A DNA stretch of 64,000 bases from Styela clava (Eukaryota). Each line of letters starts with the position of its first letter. Position 1 is the first letter of the stretch. The notes beneath the pieces were generated by a model. That model made no database searches. It saw only the letters and a list, made by a program, of their open reading frames with translations, and was not told the origin of the DNA. Location of the stretch: the NCBI RefSeq assembly GCF_964204865.1, contig NC_135256.1, positions 9,486,001 to 9,550,000 on the forward strand, written 5' to 3'. Of the stretch, positions 38,430 through 51,022 are shown one piece after another. A program made the translations under genes and the position numbers.

Positions 38430-41400
38430 TTAAACTTTTTGAAATATCTGTGGATATCCTAGCATTAGTAAAGCTTTTCTCGCAGCGCTTTCTCTCGCAT
38501 CCAGCATTGTGGTCATTCCTGAATCACTTTCGGCACTCATTGATTCCATGAACTTGTGTAACGCTCTACTACTGACCACTGCAAAATATACTTGACCAAG
38601 GTCAATTTGTGACTTCACCTGTGGAAGGAAGTATAATACATCCGTATATAATGTAACTATAAAGCATTTTTACAATCGCTTCATCAAATTGAATTTGTAG
38701 ATAGATTATCGAAGAAGGGGTGAATTTGGGTTTCAATATAATCTTTATTCAATTCAGACTGGGTTTTCGTTAAAACAATGAAATAATAATGTCACTTGAC
38801 CAACCTCAAAAGTGTGATATTGCGGTGGATGATATCCCCACTGTACGGCATTTTCCCTCAAAACTTGCGTGTATGGTCGAACATCCGCAGTTGCTGGTGA
38901 GACGACAACGCCCATTTTTTCAAGAAGACACTTTGCCGCAGCTTCTTCTGCTTGATCTTGGGTGTAAGATGGCTGAAATAATCAAACATCAGATATGAAG
39001 TGTTCGCGTGGCATGATATTTGGGCGTAGACCGTATTAATAGGGAAACGTGCAAACATTTAGTTGCAGTCGATGCATTATATCATTTTACATGTGCCTAA
39101 ACGGCTCAAAATATAAAAACAGGTATATATAAGATTAGGGTTAGAAATAAGTCTCACTGCAGGAATGCTATTCTCTCGTCTATCATCACTAGGGATGAGA
39201 ATTTCAGGTAATTACCTTAACCGTTAACCGGGTAAAATTAACCGGTTAACCGCAGCGTGACGTTTCACATAATAATTCATAATTTTAGCTTGTTACGTCA
39301 CAATGGTTAGAAAGCAATTTCGCGTGACCCTATCCCGCTCGCTCAAAATTATTCACGAATCGAGATAGTTTCGTGATCGCTCTGCTGCAAGAGATATGCA
39401 GCGTGGGTAGGACATATGGAAGTATTTTAGTAAAACCCGATTCCGTTATTAAATGTCATTTAGGTGACAAATTTTCAGTGTTTGATGTGCAAATTCTACT
39501 TTGAGATATATAAAGAAAAACAGCATCAACTACACACTTGTTGGTTGACATTTTGAAATAAAATCGCGAACAATACATTTCGATCGAAAACTGATTCATA
39601 TTAATTATTGTCAAATTTTCATAATCAGAAATCTTGGTACTTAAATTATTTTTCACATTCATTAGGTTCTCACCAATACAGTTAGCAATATTCTTTTGAA
39701 TTAAACGCCACGGAAGATGAATTTGCGATGACGTAATCATTTTTTAAAGAATTGTACATTATAAAGATGATTTAAACCTGAGATGTCAGTTAACGGTTAA
39801 AATAAATCGCAAGCGTTAACCATCTTAAAATCGGTTAACCAGTTAACCATTCCCAGCCTTAGTCATCACATTATATAGGTCATAATATCTGAAAGGTGTA
39901 TGCACAGACAATTCTGTTGTTATCACACACTTTATTCACATAAAAAAATCAAAACACATTCTAGGCAGAAACAGGTCCAGTCATCGGCATTGGTATTTCT
40001 TTATATCAGACTACAGTACATGTGATAAGCACACGGATTAAAAGTGATCTCCAGACATGAATAGCTAAGGATCAAAGATCACTATATTACACTGTTATGC
40101 GTCACAGACAGAAATGGTGGACGGGGTGAAACGAGAGGGTTGCAAACATAATTTCTAACCAAGCTAAATATCGACGCGAAGTCAACGCCGTTGTTCCCTC
40201 GATTGTGCCAAACAGTATCGTGTATAAGTATTGTGGTTATTGGGACGCCATGCCGATCCATCATAGCTTTAAGTCGACCACATAATCCTGGTTAGGGACT
40301 AACCACAACATATTGAATTTAATTTTCTTGCTAATCCAAAATCTTTCAACGCAACGCAACAGTACACAAATGTCATCGGCATCGCGAGACAAAAAAAAAA
40401 TTGAAAAACAAGCGTACTGAATTCTTGCGCTCGAGTTAATTAAAGCTAGACATAGAATTTTTTTTACTGTTTTATTACCTGTTCTGATGTCGCCAACAAA
40501 ACATCATCAGACAAGAAACTTTCTGGCATGATGTCGAAATCTGTAGAAGATTTCTCAGATGACGAATCCGACGAAGTCAATTTTTCACGGGCAAATGACG
40601 TCATAGTAGTGGCCATTTGCGATTCCTTTCTTTTTGATACTCGGGCTGTTTCATATATTGGAAGAGTTCCACCGTCCCTTAGACACAGTTCATTTGCAGC
40701 CTCTGGATTTCAAACGTATGAGTAGTGAAAGTAAGTTGGGCACGGTAATAGAATTAAGAATATAGAATTACTATAAGAATAAAACTATTTCAGAAAAACT
40801 GAACTAATGATTGTCGACTGTTATGGAGGTTATTTTAATTCATACAGAGTAGAAAACCTTTTTAAATCTATATCTCAAGTGGGCGTAAGCCTATCTAAAG
40901 AGCCTTAAGCGAATATTTACAAAACAAAATGTCGATTGACTGGTTTCAAAAATGCAGTCCTTACTTTTAAAATTCAATATTTTTGATTCGTCAATGTTTG
41001 CTTCTTGTAAGGCAATTCTGGCACAACTTTGTTCCGCATTCTCTCGTTCTTTTGATACAGAATCGATTGTTTTCACCTGAACATCCAATATATAACGTAT
41101 TTATTATAGGATATTCAACAAAGGTCAAGGCTTTTATATCTTTCTGCGAAAGGTATTTTGTTATAAACGTTAACTATATACATAAATACATTTCTACAAA
41201 ATGTGAATATAATACAATGTGGTAAAAGCATTAAGAGATAATAGGAGTAAACTGTATCCTACCTGTAGTAGTATGTCGTCCGTAAACTTATGCCTCTTGA
41301 AAAAATGAAAATCTGATTCCGAGTCAACGCCTGTGCTCCAACTTGCAAACAATGAATGTATTTGCGCAACTCCGATATGAAGTTTGGAAGAACCGAGGAA

Positions 41401-44400
41401 CGTATGATAATTTGGTCGTGTACCAACCGCCGCTTCGCAAAATTGATTTAAAACAGCTTTTGCGTTTTTTCTATCGCCAACTTCAAGGCCAAATTTCTTC
41501 AATGCCTGGAATATAAATTAATCTATTTCTATTAATATATATATATATATATGAGTGTATCAATTTTTGGACACGTTGTGGACATATGAATAGTTTCGCT
41601 CAATTATGTTTTGACGTTCTTGAGGTGATTGATTTTTGGGAAAAATCAATTTTCTTTGCAAATATTGAACCAATTGATTTAACATTTGCAGTACCAGACG
41701 ATGATTTGGGTCGCTATGCTATTACGTTTATCTTAAATTTCCTCCTATTCGTCTGTGAACCAATATTTCACCAAAACTTTTACAGTCTTATTTAAATTCA
41801 AGAGAACAATTTATAGGCTATATGGTATGCTCGTCCCGCTTGCCAGTCAATCACTGCCCAGCGCAGCTACAGCTAGGCCTAACCGCTCCGGTACACCTTA
41901 AATGCATGTAGAGTATTTTTACGAATAATATACCACACGACACCTGAACTGCAGCTTCAGTTTCTGCTTCCTCCGGACTAGAATTTGGTACTTTCGATTT
42001 GACGACAAACTTAGTTTGAAATTTGACAGTACTGTTGAAATATTCACCATCTCTCCGATCTTCGTAAACCGGAGACCCCTGTGCTGACTGTGAAGCATAA
42101 TTATTAATTTATAACCAAATAAATGAACATTTAAATTTATAATATATTTATATCAATAATTATTATCAAGCATGTACCTATTGCAAAATGCAAAAAGATT
42201 TAATCGAGAATCGAATATATATTTTCAAAACAAGATCATTTTTGGGCCATAAAACTTAAATCCAGAAATTGAAAAAATCTTGTTTCTTTCACGACTCGTT
42301 TTCCAATATTGTGTATCATATATTTTTCCACATTGATAAAAAGTCTCATGTTAATTTATATTACCGACTTACCTGGTCAATTAGAAGGTTCTTCAATATT
42401 TTCTGAAAATGACCTGCTTTTGATCCCCCACCGCCACCTACTCCAGTAGTGCCATTTCCCTCACCCGGACAATTCTTTTGGGCAAGCATAGTGAATTAAT
42501 ATATAAACTACATTTGTTATCATGTATAGAATTAGTGGTAAATGTATCGGCATAATGCCGCGATATCGCAAAACTACTATTGCCCAATACAACTATCCAA
42601 ATTAAAATATTTCATTGACTCACAGCTTGTTTTGTATCAATAGAAAGGCCATTGTTTTTATTGTGTTCTTTTTTCTTTCCAAAAATTGGATTGAACGGAA
42701 TCATTAACTTCTTTTTAACTGACTCAGACGGAATTAAGCAACTTGTGGAACTTTTTCGTTTTCCCAATGTACTTCCAGCAGTCTCACTATCTTGCAAACC
42801 AGATGGTCCTTTGAACACATAAATAGTGATCAGTATATCATTATATCAGTATATCATCGCTTAAAGTTTAAACTTTAAAGGACATTCGTAGCAACTGTGC
42901 GTTCGATATCGTTCGTTTTAAACAAAAACTTGTGACTAATATTCTTAGATGGATTAATATAAACCTGCTGGTGCCCCCGAAATATATGTGCCAAGATGGC
43001 GCACAACCTGAACATAGTATGTGTACCAGATTGGGGTCAGGTTGTGTGTCATTTTGGTACACAAACTTCCGAGTGCCAACCTGCTCATAAAGCGAATCGC
43101 GTGATTCATGAGCTGTTTTTTTAAATTTATTCAATGAGTAGGTTATTCATCTTCTGCGTGTACTCTTGTACCTGGTATGTCCGATCCAGCTTCGTGGCTC
43201 TTATTATTTTCCTCGACATGTTGCTGTTTTGCTTTTTCCAAAGCTGTTACAATGAAACAACAAAATAAAATGATATTAGATAATGATGACTAAAAATGAA
43301 ATAAAATCCTTCAGGATTTGCAATGTGATGTTGTAAACAAAAATTGCCATTAACACTTAGGCCTATGGTTAACGATATTGAACGGTTGACGAAAACGCCA
43401 AGCTTTCCAGACTGCCACGAGGCCTGTCTGCCTGTTTGTCGCCAGTTGATAACAAATTTACAACCCAGAGTCGCCGAAGCACGGCCGAGACCACCATGGC
43501 GACCAATTTGGTCGCAATTGCAATCCCTTTCTCGCGGAACACAGTTTGGGAAACGCTGGTTTAAAGTATCGAAATCATTATCTTTATTATCGAAATGACT
43601 TGAAACACATATTGAGATAAAACTATAGATGTCACGAGATATCACTGCGTTGAAAATATAAGGAATGTAATTTGTCTATCAGTGCCAGATTTAACGTAAC
43701 TTTTTTGAATATACCGGACAATTACGTGATTGTGTTAATTGTTAAAACGAGCAAATTACTTTCAGCCTTTGCAGTCGTGTCTGCCGACCCAAATGTGTCG
43801 TCTGTAGTTTCAGTGGATTTGTAACGCACTGCTCCAATTGTTGAAGTTTTCTGAGGAAGCAAAAACTTGCTGTTGGATGCGGAGGTTCCAATGTAATTTG
43901 AAATTGGCGTAGATTTTAGGTTTGGAACTGAATAAGGCCGAGACGATTTCTGTTTCTTGTTTGATACGTATAATCGACTTTTCTTGACCTTGAGAGAAAA
44001 ATGGCTACTTTTTTTCTGTGCTAACTTATTGTATTCAGCTGACTTTCTTTTGTTCTTCCTATTTCGTTTCTTGTTCTTTTTTCTCTTGTTTTCCTGATCT
44101 GACAACATCAAGGAATTGAAACAAGTAGGTTTTTCGTATTTTTCATTTTGTTGAGGCTCATCGAGTCTTCCATTCGACACAAAAAGGTCACTCACGCGAT
44201 CGAGTTGATGTCGCAAATAATTGGCCTGGAAGGAAGAAGATTATTTACATGAGGCTCAGACACAGAGAAAAATAAAATGGACAATAAAATTACAATAACA
44301 ATAAAACATACATAGAAATTAGTAAAAGAAAATATAACATCACATATCCTCTCAAGTATTTTTAATTTTGACAATATGGTTTGTAAATTAAACCGCATGC

Positions 44401-47400
44401 CAAACTGTGTTATCAGTATATTTAAGTTACACTCATGATTCACCTTGCTAAACAATAACGTTATTTTTTCTTCTGCTAAACTTTGTTGTTCTGATAACAG
44501 AATTTCCAATTCGTTCAATTTTTCTTCCACTGATTTTGTGTTTAATGTAAATTTCACTTCTCCTGAAGCAAATACTCGACGAAGACTTCTTAACAACTGA
44601 AAGAGAAATGTGGGTTGTTATTAAAATCATAACAAATAAGATTTCCGTTTCAAACGAATGTTTCGGTGTATCAAAATTGTCATGAAACGTCTAAAGCAGT
44701 TGTTCTTAAACTGGGTTCGATCGAACCCCTGGGGTTCGGTGGAGCTGTTCCAGGGGTTCGACGAGGGTGCTCTGAAACAGTTGCATATTATAAGACTTTT
44801 TTATCACCCTGCATACTAATTATGCAAAAATAACTATAGTTCATGATGACTAATTACTAATGACTTAAACAATTGAATGGAACAATTAATTGGTGTTACC
44901 CTTATTCATATTCTACCGTACTAATAAAATTTACCTCAATTTTACGGATAAATCGAAGATAGGCAGTAATTGTACATGAATGAATGCAAAATCATAGCGT
45001 GTTTGAATTTCACTAGGTGATAAATTTGCGACAAGGAATAGTTTATCGCACAGCTTTACCCGAAATTATTATGATCCATTCAGGACAACCTCGATATGGC
45101 GCCGAATTAATCCTATCTCTATTTCTGTAAAATAAAACAATTGGCAAACGATTTTATTCGCATTTCAGCGCAGTTTAAAGTTTGAGAACAAATTGCTTGA
45201 ACTACCAACGTTTATGGGGTATATTATCATCTTTCGGATTTTCAAAGTTATTTTTTATCAGTTTCCGCCTGTTCACCCGCATAACTTATACAACAAAAAC
45301 CACCTGCTCATTCTGCCGCCAACGTCATTGTGACAAAACAATGGTTATTCCCAAATGGTTATTGATATCTAAGGTTTCATCACAATGTTCATATTCTATA
45401 ACCTTGCAAGAATTAGCTTCCGCTTTATGACGTTACGGTTTGGCTTCTAATTTCAACCGTTCAGTACAATGGGGTTCGGCGGGAGCTTGCAGAATAGCGC
45501 AGGGGTTCGGCAGGCTCACAAAGATTAAGAACCACTGGACTCTAAAGTATTACACCGCCATATATATGTCAGTTTTCGTTTACAATTTGTTTTTTTGCCT
45601 GTTATACGGTGGTCAAGCAAATAATTATTAAAGAAAACAAGATGATTCTCCAACGGATTAGACAGATTACCTCTCTATTTGACGACATCGCCGCAGGGTA
45701 AGGTGCTTCGTCACTTTTTTCGGAATCAAGGCGGTCTTCCAACACATCAAAGCTCGATTTGATTGTTGTCACCACATTGAAATCGCATAGTTTGATCTAA
45801 CAAATTTATGGTTAAAGTTTCGTTAGTTCAACGAAAAATGATATGTAATAATTAACCCAATTAATATATTAAAATATTTTTTAAAAGTACGCGATGTAAA
45901 CTAAAAGTCTAGGTTGAACAACTGGAAAACAATTTTATTAAAAAAAATATTAGCAACTGTGTTATAAGTATTACAAGATTAATAAAACTTCACTCAGATT
46001 ATTTCTAGTTTTGATAATAAATTACCGGGCAAAATAACGCGACGCTGAGTTTTTTGAGCTAGCTTTTTCGAAAAACAGTTTCTATTTGTGCGGTTCACGT
46101 TGAAAAAATCTATTTGTTGATACACTATAAGCCTTTTTCCTTCAGTGTTATTGTTACAAAATTACCTTCTCGATATTTTCCACAGTTTGATTATATTCTC
46201 GATCTGATGTAAAATGACTTTGAAGAACTGCATCATTTAAAAATACTTGTATTTCATCAAAACAAAAGTTTAATTCTTCAACCGTAAACTCCAGTCGAGG
46301 ACTGTGCATTGTCTTATTCCTGATCTAAGAATTATATAAAATTTATGACGTGTTTACGCTCTATCGTAAAACCTTCATAAATAGTTGTAACTTTCTTTAA
46401 TAGTTTATGCAAATATCTGTCTTTACATATTGCACGCTTGTCTAGCTTTAGTAGTAGTCTAACTAATCCTATTGTTACTTATCATAACTAGGCTTGCACG
46501 TAATTTACAGATTTACGGAATTACGGAATTATTTCGAGTTACGGAAGGGAAGTTACGAATTACGTAAAGTCGTAATTATTGGTCGAGCGCTTTCGCGATT
46601 GAAACGAGCTCTCTTCAAAGCAGTCAATTCCGTCGATTGTAAAAAGTGAAAGTTTAAAAAGAAGTTAAAGCTTCGGTATTTGCAGCCGTTTTTCTCACTT
46701 TTCTCTCTCTTGCCAATACGTCACCGTGATAATTAATGTCGCGCTATTCAAACAGCAATATGACGACGGAAGAGAAATTGCGTTATGAACCAACGCAACT
46801 TCGTCTTTTCGGCATCGGTAAAGCGATTGAGACGGCAGAGAAACAACAATATGACGGGATTTCCCGCGATCCGGTAAAAATCCTTTGCGGACCGGCGGTT
46901 GGGAAGCACTGTTTTAGGATACTTAAATCGAATCCAGAATCCTATTCTATTTTTATAGTTACCGTATTTAAATAGTGGGATTTTTCCACCACAATGATTG
47001 AAATTAAAAAAAAAAAGCTAAATTGTAGCCTAAATGTTTAATGTATAACTATCTTTATGCAGTATTTAATTGAAAATGTCCTGATCATTGGATTATATTT
47101 AACCAAGGCAACGAGATTCACGAATTTCGACGATCGTTTTTTTTTGTTTTTAACAGTTCAATATTCTCAATTTAACTACTATCAAATATCAAGTATGAGC
47201 CAGTGTGTTTATTCTGTGCGAGAACCATTTTCAATTACAAAACCTTGATGTTCTGTTACCGGTTCTATCGTTTTATATCAGTCCGGACTTGTCCTTGCTC
47301 AATATATTTTCCACAATGCCTCGCAATATTTCGGCCAAATATGATTAACTGTCTTTACCAAATGCGGCAACTTATTTTGATTCTTGAAAACCACCGACAC

Positions 47401-50400
47401 TCGACCAAATTTGTGTCAATCTTGGCCGATAGGATTGTCGACTTGAGTTAGAAAAATAAGTTAACTTTTTCGTGCGTGCAAAATAAATGTCACAATATGC
47501 ATTTTTTTGCGATATAACTTTGTATTTTCGGAAAAGCCATATCATATAAGTACGGTATTTAAATTATGCGCAAATAATTAATATTTGATCTAAATTTGTT
47601 GCAAATAATGTTACAACATTTAGGCCGCGACATGATTTAATGTAAAATGAAGCATGGTAATCGGAATAACGTCAATAAGTCGGCATCAATAATTATTATA
47701 AAATGCTGACTAGGTAGTAAAGTCGAATAATGTTAAAAACGGTGCAATAACAAGTCTTCGTCGCGAGGCAAGAGCAAGTATAATCAAACGAGAGAAAACG
47801 CTCGTCATGGCATTGATAAATTGGAAACCCGACATTTTTTCGAATACGATTTTAAAAAAGTCAACTATCGTTTCATAAATATCCGTATACCAGTGTCGGT
47901 AATGATAAAATTGATCGCATAAAATTGGGACGGTTAATTTGCGAAGGTGATAAAGGAAATCAAAGCTAGCACAAAAGATAACATTCAGAATAAAATTAAT
48001 TTGAATTCACTCTTGTCTTAACATCTGTCCCCGGCGTGTAGTACTGCCAGGAATATGAAAACCCAAACTCGATGTCCCAATCGAAAATGAAGTGAATTCA
48101 AGTGGTTGTTATGATAGGTTTAAATGTGTGAAAAAATATCGCAATTACGGGGTCATTACGTAATCGATTTGGCCGTAATTACGGAATTGATTTTTGTCAA
48201 TTACGTGCAAGCCTAATCATAACTAATGTAATACTTTATAATAAGTATAAAGTTGAAGTAATAGAAAAACTATAAAGCAATATTAGCCCTCCCCGGGAAG
48301 AAAAAATAACCTGTCTCACACGATGCACCTGACCCAGATCAGTGACGTAATTCTCAAACGGACGAAACTGTGTCATAAAATTCATTAGTCCGGTGGCATC
48401 AAAATCTTTAGCAGTGAAAATATTGGAAGACACTCGACTTCCTTTTGGCATAAACACCTGTAATTAGTTTTCAGGTCAGTTATGGTCTTGCTATAAAATG
48501 TTTATGAAGTTTTCAAGAAATATTTTGATGATAGTTTCAAGACTGCAGCAGGTAAAATTTCATTCAGTAAATGTAGAAATTGGCCTAATATTTCCAATTT
48601 ATTGACTGTATGCACTGTAAAGCGACTGTTAAATAAAAATATTGTATTTATTATTAGTATGTATTATTGTATCTATTATTTAGACTGTGAGAGTGTAGAG
48701 TAAAATCATGCACGAAGAACACTCAGCAAGAAATTGTAGCCATATATGGGTGTAACTAGTTATGCGATTTATTTTTAGACTGCAGTGAAATTCAGGTTTA
48801 TATTATACCTTGGCGATTTCCCAAGGTCCGTAGTCAACAGAAAGCCATTTGTTGACATCGCTGCGCCTCCAAACTTCACCTGGTTTAATCGATTCTCTGT
48901 GTAGTTTCGATACTTCTCTGATAAATTCTCGTTGCCTAAAAATCAACCACAGTTTTTATTCAGCACGGCGGTGTGGCTCAACGGGCTGAGCGTTAGGAAT
49001 ACGCTCGCCACCGCACCTCTAATTACTCTGCGTGGGTTCGCAGGTTCGAGTTCCATGCAGGGATGGTTATGTGCGAGAGGATTGCTGGACTCCTCGCCGT
49101 CGTTGGGTGGTTCACGTAACCGCTGGTCGGTTACGGCTTCCTCCACCACCAAGTCCATGCTTCCGAAAACAAACAATATAACTTATCCCATACCCGACTT
49201 GGAATGGTAACCGGACGAGAGGCCGTGGTTCGCCATATGGATAAGCCGTTTTATCGGCTTTCCTCTCCCCCGGGATAAATATGTAAATCCTATCCTATCC
49301 TATCATATTTGGTTGTCATTTTTGACAGTTTCTATATGTAATTTATGATCAATCGACGATTCTGGAGCTAATGCCCAACAATCGCTATAGGTAGAAATTT
49401 CAGTTTATGACCGTGAATATGTTATATAAATTGCCTAACAGTGCACAAAAAAACTTGGAATTTAACTCCTGGGTCGGGAAAATTGTGATCTACCGACTCT
49501 TTGTGTTGGGCTTCAGGAATATACGCAGAATATACATACACAAATCTAGTGCACCATTTAGAACAACCAACCTGTATATGCGTGATTGAAAATATTAGGT
49601 TAACAATTTTGCCCGACTGCGAATACATATTCATTAATAATTTTTCAATCCAAATTTCATTTATGCTGAGAGAATTACTAATCCTCCTACTCGAGGTATT
49701 TCTTAGATAAATTTTCAGAAGCAAGTAAAAACACTTGACAAGTTAGAAAAGCAGTTGCATGTAGCCAGGAATGCACCGAAAGGTCCATATACATCTATTT
49801 TGATGTCCAGGTATTTTAAACAAATCTGATAAATTCCATACCATCCAATCCGGGCATTGTTCGTGTACTTATCTCTTAGTTCTAGATGAAATTCTATAAG
49901 GAGTTTATCCACTAGCGACGCCACTGCATCGCAGGTACATCTAGAAAAAATTAATTACGCTTTTACCATACACGCGATACTTTGAGCAATAGTTTTTTCT
50001 TACGCCCAATGTCTTGTGGATAGATAAATGTACAAAGCGAAGTGAGTAATCGACAATACCGAGGGTACACAATGTCTGTGTGTTCTATCGTTTTTCACTT
50101 AAAAGTTTTGTGTGATTACATGAATTAAAACTTTTTCACCGTGTGCAGGTTCCGCATTTCAGAGATGTCGTGGTCGGTGAAGTCGGGAGTTTTATGATAA
50201 CGTAGATTATAGTCACTATGAAAAAAGATTTGATACTCGGCCTACTTTTTTTTTTTGTATCCATATATCTGAGCATAAATCATATCCATATACTTGATTG
50301 AAAAATGAGATTTAAATGTGATGGGTTCAAAATGGAGAAGATACTTAATTTTTCAACAATAATATTAGTCTAGCAGAACGAGCCATAAGTCGGCTCTACG

Positions 50401-51022
50401 TTCATTGTAAACATAATACCTGAGTGCTATTCCAACTTTAAGCCAATTTTTGTAGCGATCATTTTCAAATATGGCCTCCCATCCATCTCTTTCCTTCAAC
50501 ACCTCAGTTAGTTTCGAATGGCATGGATCTACAAAGTATTCTAATTGGTGAAATATATCCCAATATTTTGAAAACTTATTTTTTCAAACAGCAAAGAAAT
50601 TCAATTTTGTAATCAAATGAAAATCTTAGCAAAGCACTTTGTTTGTTATCATATACATTTGTAAGAGATCCGATGATTTGTCTAATTTTGAACTGCTAAT
50701 TTAAAATAGATATATATAGTGCATTGGAGTTCAACTCGTAATCTTTAAGGTTCGTAGAGGAATTGTGGAAACCAAATAAGGTAATTTTAATGCATTTAAA
50801 ATGACTGACGCACAAATACCGTTATGGTAATAGACAACTAATTATTATTATATCTATATTACCTGTGGCATCCTCAACACTTTTGGCAGTAGAGGTTTGC
50901 GAACCAAGTTTATCCGATTGCGAAGAAGACGCATTACGGCTTGAATATCTCCGTAACGACTTTGACGAATTTTTTATGACCTTATAACCTTTTTTAAGCC
51001 TACTAGTGAGTTTCTCATACAT
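38430..51022 (-). CDS. CXorf38/DUF4559-like HEPN domain protein with a basic linker and four C-terminal dsRBD-like repeats; 18 exons (51022-50863, 50540-50420, 49940-49842, 48935-48809, 48457-48311, 46324-46166, 45796-45671, 44596-44444, 44225-43760, 43243-43172, 42808-42624, 42474-42373, 42087-41944, 41505-41263, 41076-40965, 40702-40479, 38972-38805, 38618-38430), about 998 aa
   Basis: All introns GT-AG with consistent phases; total 2997 nt, open. CXorf38-type motifs YKNWLKVGIAL, WEIAKVFMPKG, DFDATGLMNF and IRNKTMHS. Repeats end in AExEAAxxAL-type helices. Confidence 0.85.
39190..39861. mobile_element. Non-autonomous hAT element (intronic)
   Basis: TAGGGATGAGAAT / ATTCCCAGCCTTA; TSD ATCATCAC/GTCATCAC; TTAACCG subterminal repeats. 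Confidence 0.8.
44697..45537. mobile_element. Non-autonomous hAT (Charlie-like) element (intronic)
   Basis: CAGTTGTTCTTAA / TTAAGAACCACTG; GGGGTTCG subterminal repeats; TCTAAAG on both flanks. Confidence 0.8.
46489..48215. mobile_element. Young non-autonomous hAT element (intronic)
   Basis: Perfect 17-bp TIRs TAGGCTTGCACGTAATT / AATTACGTGCAAGCCTA; perfect TSD ATCATAAC; ATTACG subterminal arrays. Confidence 0.93.
48967..49305 (+). mobile_element. tRNA-derived SINE, apparently full length
   Basis: A-box-like TGGCTCAACGG, B-box-like GGTTCGAGTTCC, and (CCTAT)n tail; second copy at 18077. Confidence 0.8.

Noticed and set aside
40155-40290. Extra exon (GLCGRLKAMMDRHG...) of the HEPN-dsRBD gene
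   Set aside because: It needs phase-1 entry but the upstream exon ends in phase 0; skipping it gives a coherent third repeat.
48967-49055. tRNA gene
   Set aside because: A- and B-box-like motifs are present, but there is no cloverleaf and it continues into a SINE body and (CCTAT)n tail with a second diverged copy.
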